The notes under the pieces are model-generated. The model made no database searches and was not told the DNA's origin. It saw only the letters and a list, made by a program, of their open reading frames with translations. Of a stretch of DNA of 64,000 nucleotides, positions 12,925-24,623 are shown piece by piece; position 1 is the stretch's first letter, and the number at the start of each line of letters is the position of its first letter. Both the position numbers and the translations under genes were made by a program. Where the stretch lies: positions 166,906,001-166,970,000 of the forward strand of contig CM059425.1 of assembly GCA_030390025.1 (NCBI GenBank), written 5' to 3'. This stretch comes from Squalus acanthias. Its lineage: Eukaryota.

Positions 12925-14733
12925 ATATCTTCCACTGGTTTTCCCTTATCTATTCTACTAGTTACATCCTCAAAAAACTCCAGTAGGTTTGTCAAACACA
13001 ATTTCCCTTTCATAAATCCATGTTGACTTTGTCCAATCCCATTGATATTTTCTAAGTGTCCTGTTATCACATCCTTTATAATAGACTCTAGCATTTTCCC
13101 TGCTACTGATGTTAGGCTAACTGGTCTGTAGTTCCCTGTTTTCTCTCTCCCTCCTTTTTTAAATAATGGGGTTACATTTGCCACCCTCCAATCTGCAGGA
13201 ACTGTTCCATAATCTATAGAATTTTGGAAGATGACAACCAATGCATCCACTATTTCTATGGCTACCTCTTTTAGTACTCTGGGATGCAGATTATCAGGCC
13301 CTGGGGATTTATCAGCTTTCAGTCCCATTAATTTCTCCAGCACTATTTTTTTACTCATACTAATTTCCTTTAATTCCTCCTTCTCACTAGACCCTTGGTT
13401 CCCTCGCATTTCTGGGAAGTTATTTGTGTCACCTTCCATGAAGACAGAACCAAAGTATTTGTTTAATTGCTCTGCCATTTCCTTGTTCCCCATTATAGAT
13501 TCTCCCGTTTCTGACTGTAAGGGACCTACATTTGTCTTCACTAATCTTTTTCTTTTTACATACTTGTAGAAGCTTTTACAATCCGCTTTTATGTTCCTGG
13601 CAAGTTTAATCTCATACTCTATTTTTCCCCTCTTAATCAATCTCTTGGTCCTTTTTTGCTGAACTCTAAACTGCTCCCATTCCTCAGGCTTGCTACTTTT
13701 TCTGGCAACTTTAATGAAGGTCCCCAGTCTATCATAGCCAACTCACTCCTCATATCATCATAGTTTCCTTTGTTTAGGTTTAGGACCCTAGTTTCGGATT
13801 GGACTTCTTCACTTTCCATTTTCATGAAGAATTCTATCATGTTATGGTCACTCTTCCCTAAAGGACCCCGCACAACAAGATTATTAATTAACCCCTTCTC
13901 ATTGCACAATATCTAATCTAGGATAGCCTGTTCCCTAGTTGGCTCCTCAACGTACTGTTCTAAAAAGCCATCTCGTACACACTCCAGGAATTCATCCTCC
14001 ACAGTATTATTGCTAATTTGTTTTGGCCAATCTATATGTAGATTAAAGTCACCCATGATTACTGTAGTACCCTTGTTACATGCATCTCTGATTTCCTGTT
14101 TGATGCCATCCCCTACATTACCACTACTGTTTGGAGGCCTATAGACAAATCCCACCAATGTTTTCTGCCCCTTGGTGCTTCTTAGCTCCACCCAGACTGA
14201 TTCTACATCTTTATTTTCTGAGCCAATATCCTTTCCCACTTTTGCTCTAATTTCATCCTTTACTAAAAAGGCCACCCCACCTCCTTTTCCTTTTCGCCTG
14301 TCCTTCCTAAATATCGAATATCCTTGGATATTCAGCTCCCAGCCTTGGTCACCCTGCAGCCATGTCTCCGTAATCGCAATTATATCGTATCCGTTTACAT
14401 CTATTTGTGCTGTTAATTTGTCTACCTTATTACAAATGCTTCATGCATTCAGATACAGTGCCTTTAGATTTGTCTTTTTAACATTTTTAGACATCTTAAC
14501 ATTTTTAGACATCTTAACATTTATTTGTACTATGGCCCTATTTGTCTTATTACCATTTTTTCTTACCCGGACCCTATTTGTTGGTGCACTCCTTTGTTTG
14601 TACGCTCTGTCCCTTCCTGACACAATTTGGTTATCCTTACCTCAGTCACTTTCCTGCACTGCTTCCTTGTCTTTTCTCTTTAGCATTCTAGATTTCTCTC
14701 CACCGGGATTCTCCCCCGCCTTATTTAGTTTAT
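12925..14733 (-). mobile_element. CR1 LINE internal fragment (APE endonuclease and start of RT)
   Basis: ORFs with LKALYLNA, YRPPNS, MGDFN, LGKSDH, KSPGPD, NYRPVSLTS, QHGF; several stops and frameshifts; lacks the 3' end. Confidence 0.95.
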
Positions 14734-15170
14734 GACTGCTCCCATTCTAATTGTTAACCTATCTTTCCCTTGCTGATTCCGATTGACCTTCTGTGCATTT
14801 CCATAATTTTGTACTTATTATTTCACAATTCCAGCATTCATATTTTTAATGTGGCTCTTTCCCAATTGGTGGTCTACTAAAAGTAGATGGTCAGCATTTA
14901 GATGTATTTTATAAATCTAATTTGACCTTACTCTTTTAATTTTGTGAACACATGTCGAAACCAATATATAATGAGTAGAGTGCTGACTTGTTTTCAGTCT
15001 ACCTCAAACTGCCTTCCCTCGTGTGTTAGATCGACACTAGGAAATGCATTTCAGTTGGCTCAAAAATGAAACCTGCTCAGTGATTATATAAAAACATAAA
15101 TAGAGCAGCAGGTGTGAGGAGGTTATGGTTAGGGAGCTATTGCTTTTAGATGTGGGTATTAAAACACACT

Positions 15171-15535
15171 GACCTAGAAATTCAATCGCTCCACGGCAGT
15201 TTCGGACGGTAAACGTGCGTATAAACCTTCAACATGGTGGGCAGAAAGTGCGCAGTCATATTGAGCTAGAAGTGTCAGCCATATTGGATCAGGCTTCGCT
15301 GTAGGCATCCAGAGCATATGCCAGAACTAAGGAAAATGCTGAATAACGTATATAAATTAGGGTCCTGCACTTGATGGAGGAGCTTTTTCTGATTTTGGTA
15401 TTCCCCAGCGCCATGTGCTAAACTCACGCGGTTATTTGTGGCGCTAACAGGCAGGAAGGACCCTTAACCAGTGCAATTTAAAGGCAGCATCTGTTAGGTG
15501 CTAATCGGCCTGCTTTTTCAGGCCGTTTTTTTTAA
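15171..15535. mobile_element. Truncated Harbinger-type element end
   Basis: Starts gacctagaaattcaatcg, similar to the TIR ggtctagaaattcgatcg at 41760; preceded by AAACAC-ACT. Confidence 0.5.
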
Positions 15536-15591
15536 CATTCCTATTATTTGCTTTGATTCTTTTAACCAGAAAACACTGTCTATATTTTCCA

Positions 15592-16185
15592 TTAGAATCA
15601 TAGAATCATAGAATGATACAGCACAGAAGGAGGCCATTCAGCCCATTGTGCCAGTGCCAGCTCTTTGAAAGAGCTATCAAATTAGTCCCATTCCTCTGCT
15701 TTTTCCCCATAGCCCTGCAAATTTTTCCCTTCAAACATTTATCCAATTCCCTTTAGAAATGTTTTAATAAATCTGCTTCCACCACCCTTTCAGGCAATGC
15801 ATTCCTGATCATAACAACTCATGGTATGGTAAAAAATTCTCCTCATGTCGCCTCTGGTTTTTTGCCAATTTTCTTAAATCTATTCTCTCTGGTTACCAAC
15901 CCTTCTGCCACTGGAAACCGTTTCTCCTATCAAAATCCTTCATGATTTTGAACACTTCTATTAACTCTTCCCTTAACTTTCACTGCTCTAAGGAGAACAA
16001 CCCTAGCTTCTCTAGTCTCTCCACATAACTGAAGTTCCGCATCCCTGGTACCAGTCTAGTAAATCTCCTCTGCTCCCTCTCTAAGGAGTTTGACGTCCTT
16101 CCTAAAGTGTGGTGCCCAGAGTTGGCCACAATATTCCAGCTGGGACCTAACCAGTACTTTATAACTTTCTTGCTTTTGTACTCTG
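15592..16185 (-). mobile_element. CR1 LINE 3' part (continues at 20056-20320)
   Basis: (ATAGAATC)n tail at ~15593-15613; LEREQRRFTRLVPG...LGLFSLEQ; breaks at ttttgtactct. Confidence 0.9.
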
Positions 16186-16233
16186 TGAGAAGTCGCACAA
16201 CACCAGGTTATAGTCCAACAGCTTTATTTGAAA

Positions 16234-16270
16234 TCACAAGCTTTCGGAGCGCTGCTCCTTCGTCAGGTGA
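16234..16270 (-). ncRNA. Minimal type I hammerhead ribozyme (Penelope-associated)
   Basis: Minus strand UCAC-CUGACGA-A-GGAGC-AGC-GCUCC-GAAA-GCUU-GUGA: intact core, stems I and II, palindromic AAGCUU in place of stem III. Confidence 0.8.
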
Positions 16271-16842
16271 AGTGAAGAGATAGATGCATATAGTCACAGC
16301 GTATATCGCCAGGCAGGAGTGTTACCTCCCAGTCGGGGAACACTTCAGCAGTCAAGGACATTCAGCCTCGGATCTGCGGGTAAGCGTTCTCCAAGGCGGC
16401 CTTCGAGACACATGACAACGCAAAATCATCGAGCAGAAACTGATAGCCAAGTTCCGCACCCATGAGGACGGCCTCAACCGGGATCTTGGGTTCATGTCAC
16501 GCTACATGTAACCCCACCTGACGTAGAGTCATCCAGACTCGAGTCGTCGTTGGCTTGTTCACAGATGTGATTTCCAGTAAAAAAAGTAAAAAGTTTAAAG
16601 TTTATGGTTTTCAATACAGACTGCAGCATCTGACACATTAGACCCCCTGTGACCCCACCTCATTGTCTTAGCTGTATTTTGCTATGTCTTTGATATAATG
16701 TCGCCCTGACTGACCTGATTGTCTCTCTGCCGAGGTGTGATAAAAGGCAGTCAGAAAGATTAACTGTAGTCGTCTGACATTGTACGCTGCACAGGCATTG
16801 TTCTCTGTCTATATATGCTGTGCCGATTTGTATTTCTTCACT

Positions 16843-16880
16843 TCACCTGACGAAGGAGCAGCCGCTCCGAAAGCTTGTGA
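16843..16880 (+). ncRNA. Minimal type I hammerhead ribozyme (Penelope-associated)
   Basis: UCAC-CUGACGA-A-GGAGC-AGCC-GCUCC-GAAA-GCUU-GUGA followed by AATAAA. Confidence 0.8.
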
Positions 16881-18285
16881 TTTCAAATAAAACTGTTGGA
16901 CTATAACCTGGTGTTGTGTGACTTCTCACAGCATATATAGTCAGAGAACACTGCCAGATGATTACAATTAATCTTTCCAACTGCCCTTTATCACACCTCG
17001 GCAGAGAGATAATCACGGCAATCAAAGGTGTGGATGGTGTCCAAACAGGTCAGTCAGGAAAACATTACATCAAAGACAATGTGGCAGATGCTGGGGTCTG
17101 TATGGAAAACAAAAAACTTTTTTTGCTGGAAATCACAGCAGGTCCGGCCGCATCTGTGTAGAGAGAACAAGCCAACGACGACTCGAGTCTGGATGACTCT
17201 ACGTCAGGTGGGGTTACATGTAGCGTGACATGAACCCAAGATCCCGGTTGAGGCCGTCCTCAAGGGTGCGGAACTTGGCTATCACTTTCTGCTCGACGAT
17301 TTTGCGTTGTCGTGTGTCTCGAAGGCCGCCTTGGAGAACGCTTACCCGAAGATCAGAGGCTGAATGTCCTTGACTGCTGAAGTGTTCCCCGACTGGGAGG
17401 GAACACTCCTGCCTGGCGATTGTTGCGCGGTGTCCGTTCATACGTTGTCGCAGTGTCTGCATGGTCACGTCGATGTACCATGCTCCGGGGCATCCTTTCC
17501 TGCAACGTATGAGGTAGACAACGTTGGCCGAGTCACATGAGTATGTACCATGTACCTGGTGGGTGGTGTCCTCACGTGTGATGATGGTATCTGTGTTGAT
17601 GATCTGGCATGTCTTGCAGAGGTTGCCGTGGCAGGGTTGTGTGGTGTCGTGGTCGCTGTTCTCCTGAAAGCTGGGTAATCTGCTGCGAACCATGGTCTGT
17701 TTGAGGTTAGGCGGCTGTTTGAAGGCGAGTAGTGGGGGCGTGGGGATGGCCTTAGCGAGGTGTTCGTCGTCATCGATGACATGTTGAAGGCTGCGAAGAA
17801 CATGGCGTAGTTTCTCCGCTCCGGGGAAGTACTGGACGACGTAGGGTACTCTGTTGGTTGTGTCCCGTGTTTGTTTTCTGAGGAGCTCTATGCAATTTTT
17901 CGCTGTGGCCCGTCGGAACTGTCGATCGACGAGTCGAGCGTCATATCCCGTTCTTACAAGGGCGTCTTTCAGCGTCTGTAGGTGTCCATCGCGTTCCTCC
18001 TCGTCTGAGTAGATCCTGTGTATTCGCAGGGCTTGTCCATAGGGGATGGCTTCTTTAACGTGGTTAGGGTGGAAGCTGGAGAAGTGGAGCATCGTGAGGT
18101 TGTCCGTGGGCTTGCAGGTAGAGTGAAGTGCTGAGGTGTCCGTCTTTGATGGAGATTCGTGTGTCCAAGAATGAAACCGATTCTGAGGAGTAGTCCATGG
18201 TGAGTTTGATGGTGGGATGGAACTTGCTGATGTTATCGTGTAGTCTTTTCAGTGATTCTTCGCCGTGGGTCCATTTGTACTCTGT

Positions 18286-20055
18286 GGGCTCGATTTTGCC
18301 AGACCTGAGGAGGCGGGATTGGAGGCGCATGAGGTGTTAAAATCGCAAAAACTGGCGGGTGGCTCTGATCCCGCCTCCAGCCCGCCTCCGAACAATTTTC
18401 CCAGAATCGGGATTTCAGACCCCATTTCCATCCTGCCTCTTGGAGGCAGGAAAGGCCCTTAAGGCCCTTAACAACCAGTAAAGTGCCTCTATAATGCAAT
18501 TTTGAGAGGCCTTTCTGAATTTAACACTTTTCCCCCATGCTGCACATCTCCTCTGGAACACGCCAGTTAATCCTGGCGGCCTCACAAGTGGATTGCTTAC
18601 TAACAGCTGCAGCTCCACCATTAAAAAGGAGTTTTCAGCAATCATCATTTGCAGGTGGCAGAACTTTGTTGTCTCAGGTCTGGGGGATCTTTTAGCAGGC
18701 ATACTCATTGTTGTGGAAGTTTGGAGCCTGAAACCCATCTCCAGTGTGACCTCCTGGGAAACCCCTCTCCCCACCTTGACTCTGAGCGCTTCCTCAACTG
18801 AGGTATATACCAGAAGAATGGGAACCATTTATTTCCTTTCCTCCTGGACAGTGGGGAGGGGGGCTGTCGCTGGTCCTGTGGGGAAGTAAAGGAAAGAGTT
18901 AGACATGTGAGATAAACGCTGCATGCACATTGAATTGTGCAGATGATCATAAGTCAATCTGTTAGAGCATCAGAATCAATATCAGTCACTCGTGCAATGT
19001 CAATGAGAGAGATGAAAAACTATTCTGTCACCAGCTTGCTCTGATGCGCCCGTCTGTCCGTCCCCACTTGCGCATCCTCCTCCACTCCCACGATCTCCAG
19101 GGCCACCTCCTCCGCAGTGGTGAGCTGGGCTACTGAGGGTGGCCCTCCTCCTGTCCTCGTCCTCTCCCTCTTATTGTGGGCTCTCTTTTCCTGCAATGAG
19201 GGACACAAGTGGAGTTTGAGTGAGAATGAACGGAGTGAGTGTAGAGAATCCATAGCATAGATGCTTAGAAGGACACAAAGATGGAATGAGGTGCCAAGAC
19301 CAAGGGCCCTCCCTGTGTGTTGTAAGTTGTTGTCATAGCATCACAGTGATAGGGAGTGTGAGGGCTGCATAGTCGAATAGTTAAGTGAATGTGAACATAC
19401 AGAGAGAGGAAATGGGTAAGGGTGCAGGGATGTAAGGGTGAAGTGGGATGTGGAGGAGGAGGTTGACAAAGCAGAGTGCTGGTGATGAGTGGCGATGGGG
19501 ATCAGATTGAGGGTCATGGGGATGGAATACTCACTTTTCCTGTGCGGAGAAGGTCATGAAACCTCTTTCAGCACTGCAGCCAGGTTCTGCTGCACATTGA
19601 AATGGCATTCACCTCCTGTGCCACTTGCAGCCACACAGCTTTGGTCTGTTGTGGAGGCTTTTTCCTCCCTGAGGAAGGAAAGAGCACTTCCTTGTTTGCT
19701 CTTGCTCCCTCCACCAGAGCTTGGAGGGAGGCCTCATCGAATCTGGGTGCACACATTGGTCTGGTTCTGGAGATAGTAGCAGTAGGAATCCCTCAGAAGT
19801 ATGTTGATAAAGTTGTAAGGCTGAAAAAGAACCAAGGCTGCTTGCAGGCCTTAAATCCAGCTGCATAGATGACATCATAGGAGGCGAGTTTCACTATCAA
19901 AAGACTCATTGGGCTAGGGGTTTCCACACGCTGGAAATCAAGTGCCCAATAAGGGCAAAATCGCACTTTTGTCCTGCCTCACATCGGAGGCGGGGCCCTG
20001 ATTTGCCAACCATCTGACACGCCCCCAGCCCGCCCCCAATGACAAAATCCAGCCC
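18286..20055 (-). mobile_element. Internally deleted PIF/Harbinger transposon carrying the Myb/SANT gene remnant
   Basis: TIRs gggctcgattttgcca / tgacaaaatccagccc (14/16 match); flanks TGT/TAT; interrupts a CR1. Confidence 0.88.
18830..19756 (-). pseudogene. Harbinger Myb/SANT-like DNA-binding protein, spliced, inactivated
   Basis: Exon 1 APRFDEASLQALVE...VWLQVAQEVNA...RTWLQC*KRFHDL ends at 19535 (AAA|gtgagt); exon 2 starts at 19190 (ttgcag|EKRAHNKRERTRTGGGPP); further acceptor near 18876. Confidence 0.8.
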
Positions 20056-20320
20056 TATGCCTCTGCTTATAAAACAAAAGATACTGTGTGCTTTTTTAAC
20101 AGCCTTCTCAACTGGTCTCACTACCTTCAAAGATTTGTGTACATACACCCCCAGGTCTTTCTGTTCCTGCAACCCGTTTAAAATTATATCATTTAGTTTA
20201 TAGTCATTACTCCTACCAAAATGCATCACTTCACACTTCGCTGCATTTCACCAGTCTGTCTATGTCCTCCTGAAGTCTTTAACTATCCTCCTTACTGCTT
20301 ACTACATTCTGAGTTTCACA
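20056..20320 (-). mobile_element. CR1 fragment (upstream continuation of 15592-16185)
   Basis: QKDLGVYVHKSLKV...VKKA..I..FISRGI; joins through ATA to gagtacaaaa at ~16183. Confidence 0.85.
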
Positions 20321-20321
20321 T

Positions 20322-20450
20322 TAAAACAGAAAATGCTGGAAATACTCAGCCGGTCAGGAAGCATCTGTGTCGAGAGAAACAGAGTTAATGTATTAGATCG
20401 ATGACCTTTCATCAGAGCTCTGCCAGCATCTGCAATATTTTGATTTTGTT
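20322..20450. mobile_element. Short Penelope-derived terminal remnant with degenerate hammerhead
   Basis: Loosely palindromic ends (aaaacagaaaatgctgg...ccagcatctgcaatattttg); minus strand CUGAUGA-A-AGGUC-AUC-GAUCU with the GAAA box mutated. Confidence 0.55.
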
Positions 20451-20624
20451 TTCTGTCTATATTTGAATTTGGTCTTTAAATGTCTTCAAGGCAGTTAACA
20501 GCTCAATATGATTTTTATGGCAAAGATGGGTTTTAATCATGGTATGGAGCTTAGATATCCTTTGTGTAATGGGTACTCGCGATAAATAAACAATAAATAA
20601 AATAAATTAATTCTAGCAGTCCTG

Positions 20625-21478
20625 GAGCAATGCTGAAGAAACTCTTTTTCTTGTAGATAGTGCACAATGCAGCCACGGTGTGCTGGTGGTGGAGGGTAGA
20701 TGTTTACGGTAGTAGGTGAAGTGCCAATCAAGCAGACTGCTTTGTCCTGGATGGTGTCGAGCTTCTTGAGTGTTGTTGCAGCTGGACCCATCCAGGCAAG
20801 TGCAGAGTATTCCATCACACTCCTGACTTTTGCTTTGTAGGTGGTGAAAAAATCTTTAGGGTCAGGAGGTGGGCCATTCGACACAGAATACCCAGCCTTT
20901 GAACTGCTCTAGTGACATGGCATTTATGTGGCTGGTCCAGTTGAGTTTCTGGTCAATGGTGACCCCAAGGATTTTGGTGGTGGGGGATTTGATGATGGTG
21001 ATTCCATTAAATGTCAAAGGGACGTAGTTAGGCTCTCTCTTGTTGGAGATGGCCATTTCCTGGCACTTATGTTGCATGAATGTTACTTGCCACTTAGCAG
21101 CCCAAGCCTGGATGTTGTCCAAGTCTTGCTGCATGCAGGCATGGACTGCTTCATTATCTGAGGAATTGAGAATGGAACTGTACATTGTACATCATCAACA
21201 AACAGCCCTACTTCTGAGCTTATGATGGAAGGAAGGTCATTGATGAAGCAGCTGAAGATAGCTCGGCCCAGGACACTGCCCCGAGGAACTCCTGCAGCAT
21301 CCTGGGGCTTAGATGATTGGCCTCCAACAATCACAACTATTTTCCTTTGTGCCAGGTATGCCTCCAGCCACTGGAGAGTTTCCCCCAATCCCTAATGACT
21401 TTGGTTTTTACAAGGACTCCTTGGTGCCACACTCGTTTAAATGCTGTCTTGATGTGAAGGGTAGTCACTCTCCTCTCA
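20625..21478 (-). mobile_element. CR1-group (Zenon/Crack-like) LINE fragment
   Basis: GVPRGSVLG..FSCFINDL, QQDLDNIQAWA.KWQVTF, MEYS.LAWM..A.TTLKKLDTIQDKA; same family as 44370-45810. Confidence 0.85.
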
Positions 21479-23454
21479 GTAAATTGAATGACTTAAATGT
21501 GATTTCTCACGAGCCTGTTAGTTGACTCCATGTTTTGAAATAATTAAAGAAAAATAGTGCTCTCAAATTACAGGAACTATTACAGAACAAAGCAGATGTC
21601 GATTTGAACCAGCATTTTGTCATCATTATGACTGGTATCACACAGCAGCGTTGTGTCAGTACTGTCACTTTGATTAAGTAGCTGCACTATAATAAGACGT
21701 CGTATCTATTCTTGTCAGACTGGTGTCTGCTGAGAGCTCATTGGCTCCTATCCTAATGTCCAGACTAGCCATGTCAGTGTGAATTTAGGACATGCGAATG
21801 GTTTCCTGGAACATATCAACATGTATATATTACAGTGTAGTGCACAAAAGTGATTGCTATTGGAGAACAACCGCCAGGCTGTATCCAAGCTCAAAAATCC
21901 ATTGGGTCCCTAAAAGTGGCCACTTCTGTCAGCCATCTTTGACTTGCTGTCTGGCCCCTTCAGACCTTCTTGTCTCATGGAGGTCGAATGACTTGGCCTA
22001 CCATCAGCTTCTTGAGTACCAAGGAAATGTGTGTCCCTTGGATGTAACCAGAGGAAATTAAAGGGAAAGGTTCAGGAACACCCTTCCCAGCTCATTACCC
22101 TGGCAGCACTGGGCCTGCACCTATTGCAGAAGCACTTTGGTGTGCTGATCTTGTATAGTGCTGAGGTGGGGGAAGGGCAGGAAACCTGCCCTGTAATTTG
22201 TTTTAAAGGGAGAAAAATATTGGGAAACTGGCCTGTGCCGCTACCTTCCATGCCTGAACTTGCTGTGAAATCTGGTTTGGAGATTTGGTGGCTATCTTTG
22301 GCCCCGGAACACATTGTTAATCTTGGATAGGTTCAAAAATCAGCACTTTTGTTTTCAAAGTGGGTGATTCAAATGCATTTGCTGACTGTAAAAGTCAGTA
22401 CCCATTGCTAAGGGGAGTAGGCATCCTGGAATGCACACAGCCAGTTGCTGCTCTCTTACTTGTGCCTCTGCTAACAGTTATGATAGGGATAGACTGGCCA
22501 TTCACTCGAAAGCTACAGCCTCATCTCTTTGCTTACGAGGATACATTTATTACCAACAATATTCCTACCCCATCATTTTTGCAGTGGCAAGGTAAGAAAA
22601 CTACAGTTTTTTGCAACGTACCATGTGATTTGTTTATCACACCAGTGTGTGGGATGCTTGCAGCTTCATTGCATGTTCTAAAGGGGAGCAAATGTTGTAT
22701 TACACATCCACATTAGTTCTTACTGTTGTGTTCTAACTGCTTTTGCCAGCACAAGCATGTTATGGCATAACACCTTAATTGTGTTATGATTGTAAAGATT
22801 GTTATGGTTGTTAAACCGTACATTAACAGGTTAAACAAAGCATCTGCAGGGTTACTGTTGTTATGGTTGCTGCAATTCCCTGGAATGCCATTACCTGCAC
22901 AAAGCATCTTTACTTAAGTGAGCAATGTGAAGGAAAAATATAAATGAATTATATCAGCGTCAACACTCTGAGGAGAGAAGAGCAAGTCCAAATTTTTACA
23001 ATTCTTTGGGTGACATGTGGCTGATACCATTTTCCTTGATTAATTAAGTCTATTACCAAAGGAAAGTGTCCAATAATTCATTCAATTAGGCATGAATTGA
23101 ATTTCAAACTAGTGTTACAAGAAATAATCGTTTTTACTGTTTAGCAATCACAACTCCATTTAATACGATAAAATTTATAGCATTTGCTTAAGGAATATTT
23201 GTTACTTTTTATTAGATTAAAGGGTAAAAATTGCATGTTTAAACTGATCCAGGCAGTTCCTGAGAAATCACATGACATTTTTCAGCATACGGCCCAGAAT
23301 TTCTTTGAAATATTAACCCTTGTGTCCTGGAGGAAATTACAGACGGATTACCTGCTCTGTTCATTTGCATTCCCATTGGTGTAATCATTAGTGTAAAACC
23401 TGCATAAAATGGATAGAAGAAGCTGAACTAACTGGCACCTTTGTGCAGCCTTCA

Positions 23455-23725
23455 ATTAGATCATGGTTGATCTGTATCTCAACTCCATTTACCCACCTTT
23501 GATCCATATCTCTTGATACCCTTACCTAACAAAATTCTATTGATCTTAGTCTTGAAAATTTAAATTGGCTCAGCAAAAAAAATCCACAGTCTTTTGGGAA
23601 GAGAGTTCCAGATTTCCACTACCCTTTGTGTGGAAAAAGTGCTTCCTGATTTCACTCCTAAATGATCAAGCTCTAATTCCAAGATTGTGCCCTTTTGTTT
23701 TGGATTCCCCCACCAGAGGAAATAG
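23455..23725 (-). mobile_element. Old CR1 3' fragment
   Basis: Reverse complement similar to 290-530. Confidence 0.75.
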
Positions 23726-23940
23726 TGTGGCAGTGTCGAGTGATGTTTACTCTGTATCTAACCTTTGCTCTATCTGAGTTTGCAGTTTTGGACAGGTCAG
23801 TAGAGAGGGAGCTTTACTCTGTATCTAACCCATGCTGTACCTGGCCCAGGAGTGTGTGATGGGACAGTTTTATGTCCACCTGAGAGGGCAGCTGGGGCTT
23901 TGGTTTACGGTTTCTTCCAAACAATGGCAACTCCAACTGG

Positions 23941-24412
23941 CAACAACAACAACAACAACAACTTGCATTTATATAGTGCCTTTAATGTAGTAAAACATGC
24001 CAAGGCATTTCACAGGAGTGTTATCAATCAAAATTTGTCACCGAGCCAGATAAGGAGATACTAGGACAGGAAAGAGGTAGGTTTTAAGGAGCGTCTTAAA
24101 GGAGAAAAGAGAGGTAGAGAAGCGGAGAGGTTTAGGGAGGGAATTCCAGAGCTTAGAGCCTTGGCAGCTGAAGGCAAGGCCGCCAATGGTGGAGCGATTA
24201 AAATTGGGGATGCTCAAGCGGGTAGACTTGGAGGAATGCAGATATCTTGGAGGGTTGTAGGGCTGGAGGAGATTACAGAGATAGGGAGGGGTGAGGCCAT
24301 GGAGGGATTTGAAAACAAGGATGAGAATTTTAAAGAGATGGAGAGGTTTATGCTGTGAATTCTGGAGCTTAGGGCCTAGGCAGCTGAAAGCATGCCCGTC
24401 AATGATGGAGCA
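23941..24412 (-). mobile_element. L2 LINE 3' fragment with small internal duplication
   Basis: (CAA)n tail; FKILILVFKSLHGLTPPYL...AFS....KLWNSLP...FKTLLKTYLF; 24340-24405 repeats 24118-24195. Confidence 0.88.
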
Positions 24413-24465
24413 ATTACAGTACGTGATACTCATTAGATACCATAGGATTTGGGCTGGGTTAACAG

Positions 24466-24623
24466 CAATGTTCCCGTTAAGCTGCGTGGCAGCTGTCTCG
24501 AGGTCCCACGCAGGCCGTTTTTCGGCTTCACAATGCAAAAAACAATGTAAGCGCGGAAGTTTGAATGGGCTGCGTGACCCCTTACAGGGGCCACGCACCC
24601 AAAAAAAATTAGGGGGAACATTG
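24466..24623. mobile_element. hAT-type MITE (158 bp)
   Basis: TIRs caatgttccc / gggaacattg; 8-bp TSD gttaacag / gtcaacag. Confidence 0.8.

Larger units (their letters stand above)
16184..18273 (-). mobile_element. Penelope-like element, 5'-truncated and rearranged (RT C-terminus plus GIY-YIG endonuclease)
   Basis: ORFs 18064..18330 and 17214..18092: WTHGEESL, HPTIKLT, SFLD, LHFSSFHP, CKTC linker, NVVYLIRC..C...YI..T.QTLRQRMNGH, DGLNRDLGF; inverted copies of the 3' region; 13-bp direct repeat tttgtactctgtg at 16175 and 18274. Confidence 0.92.

Noticed and set aside
14478..14522. 18-bp tandem duplication acatttttagacatctta
   Set aside because: Local slippage within a dead CR1; no functional signal.
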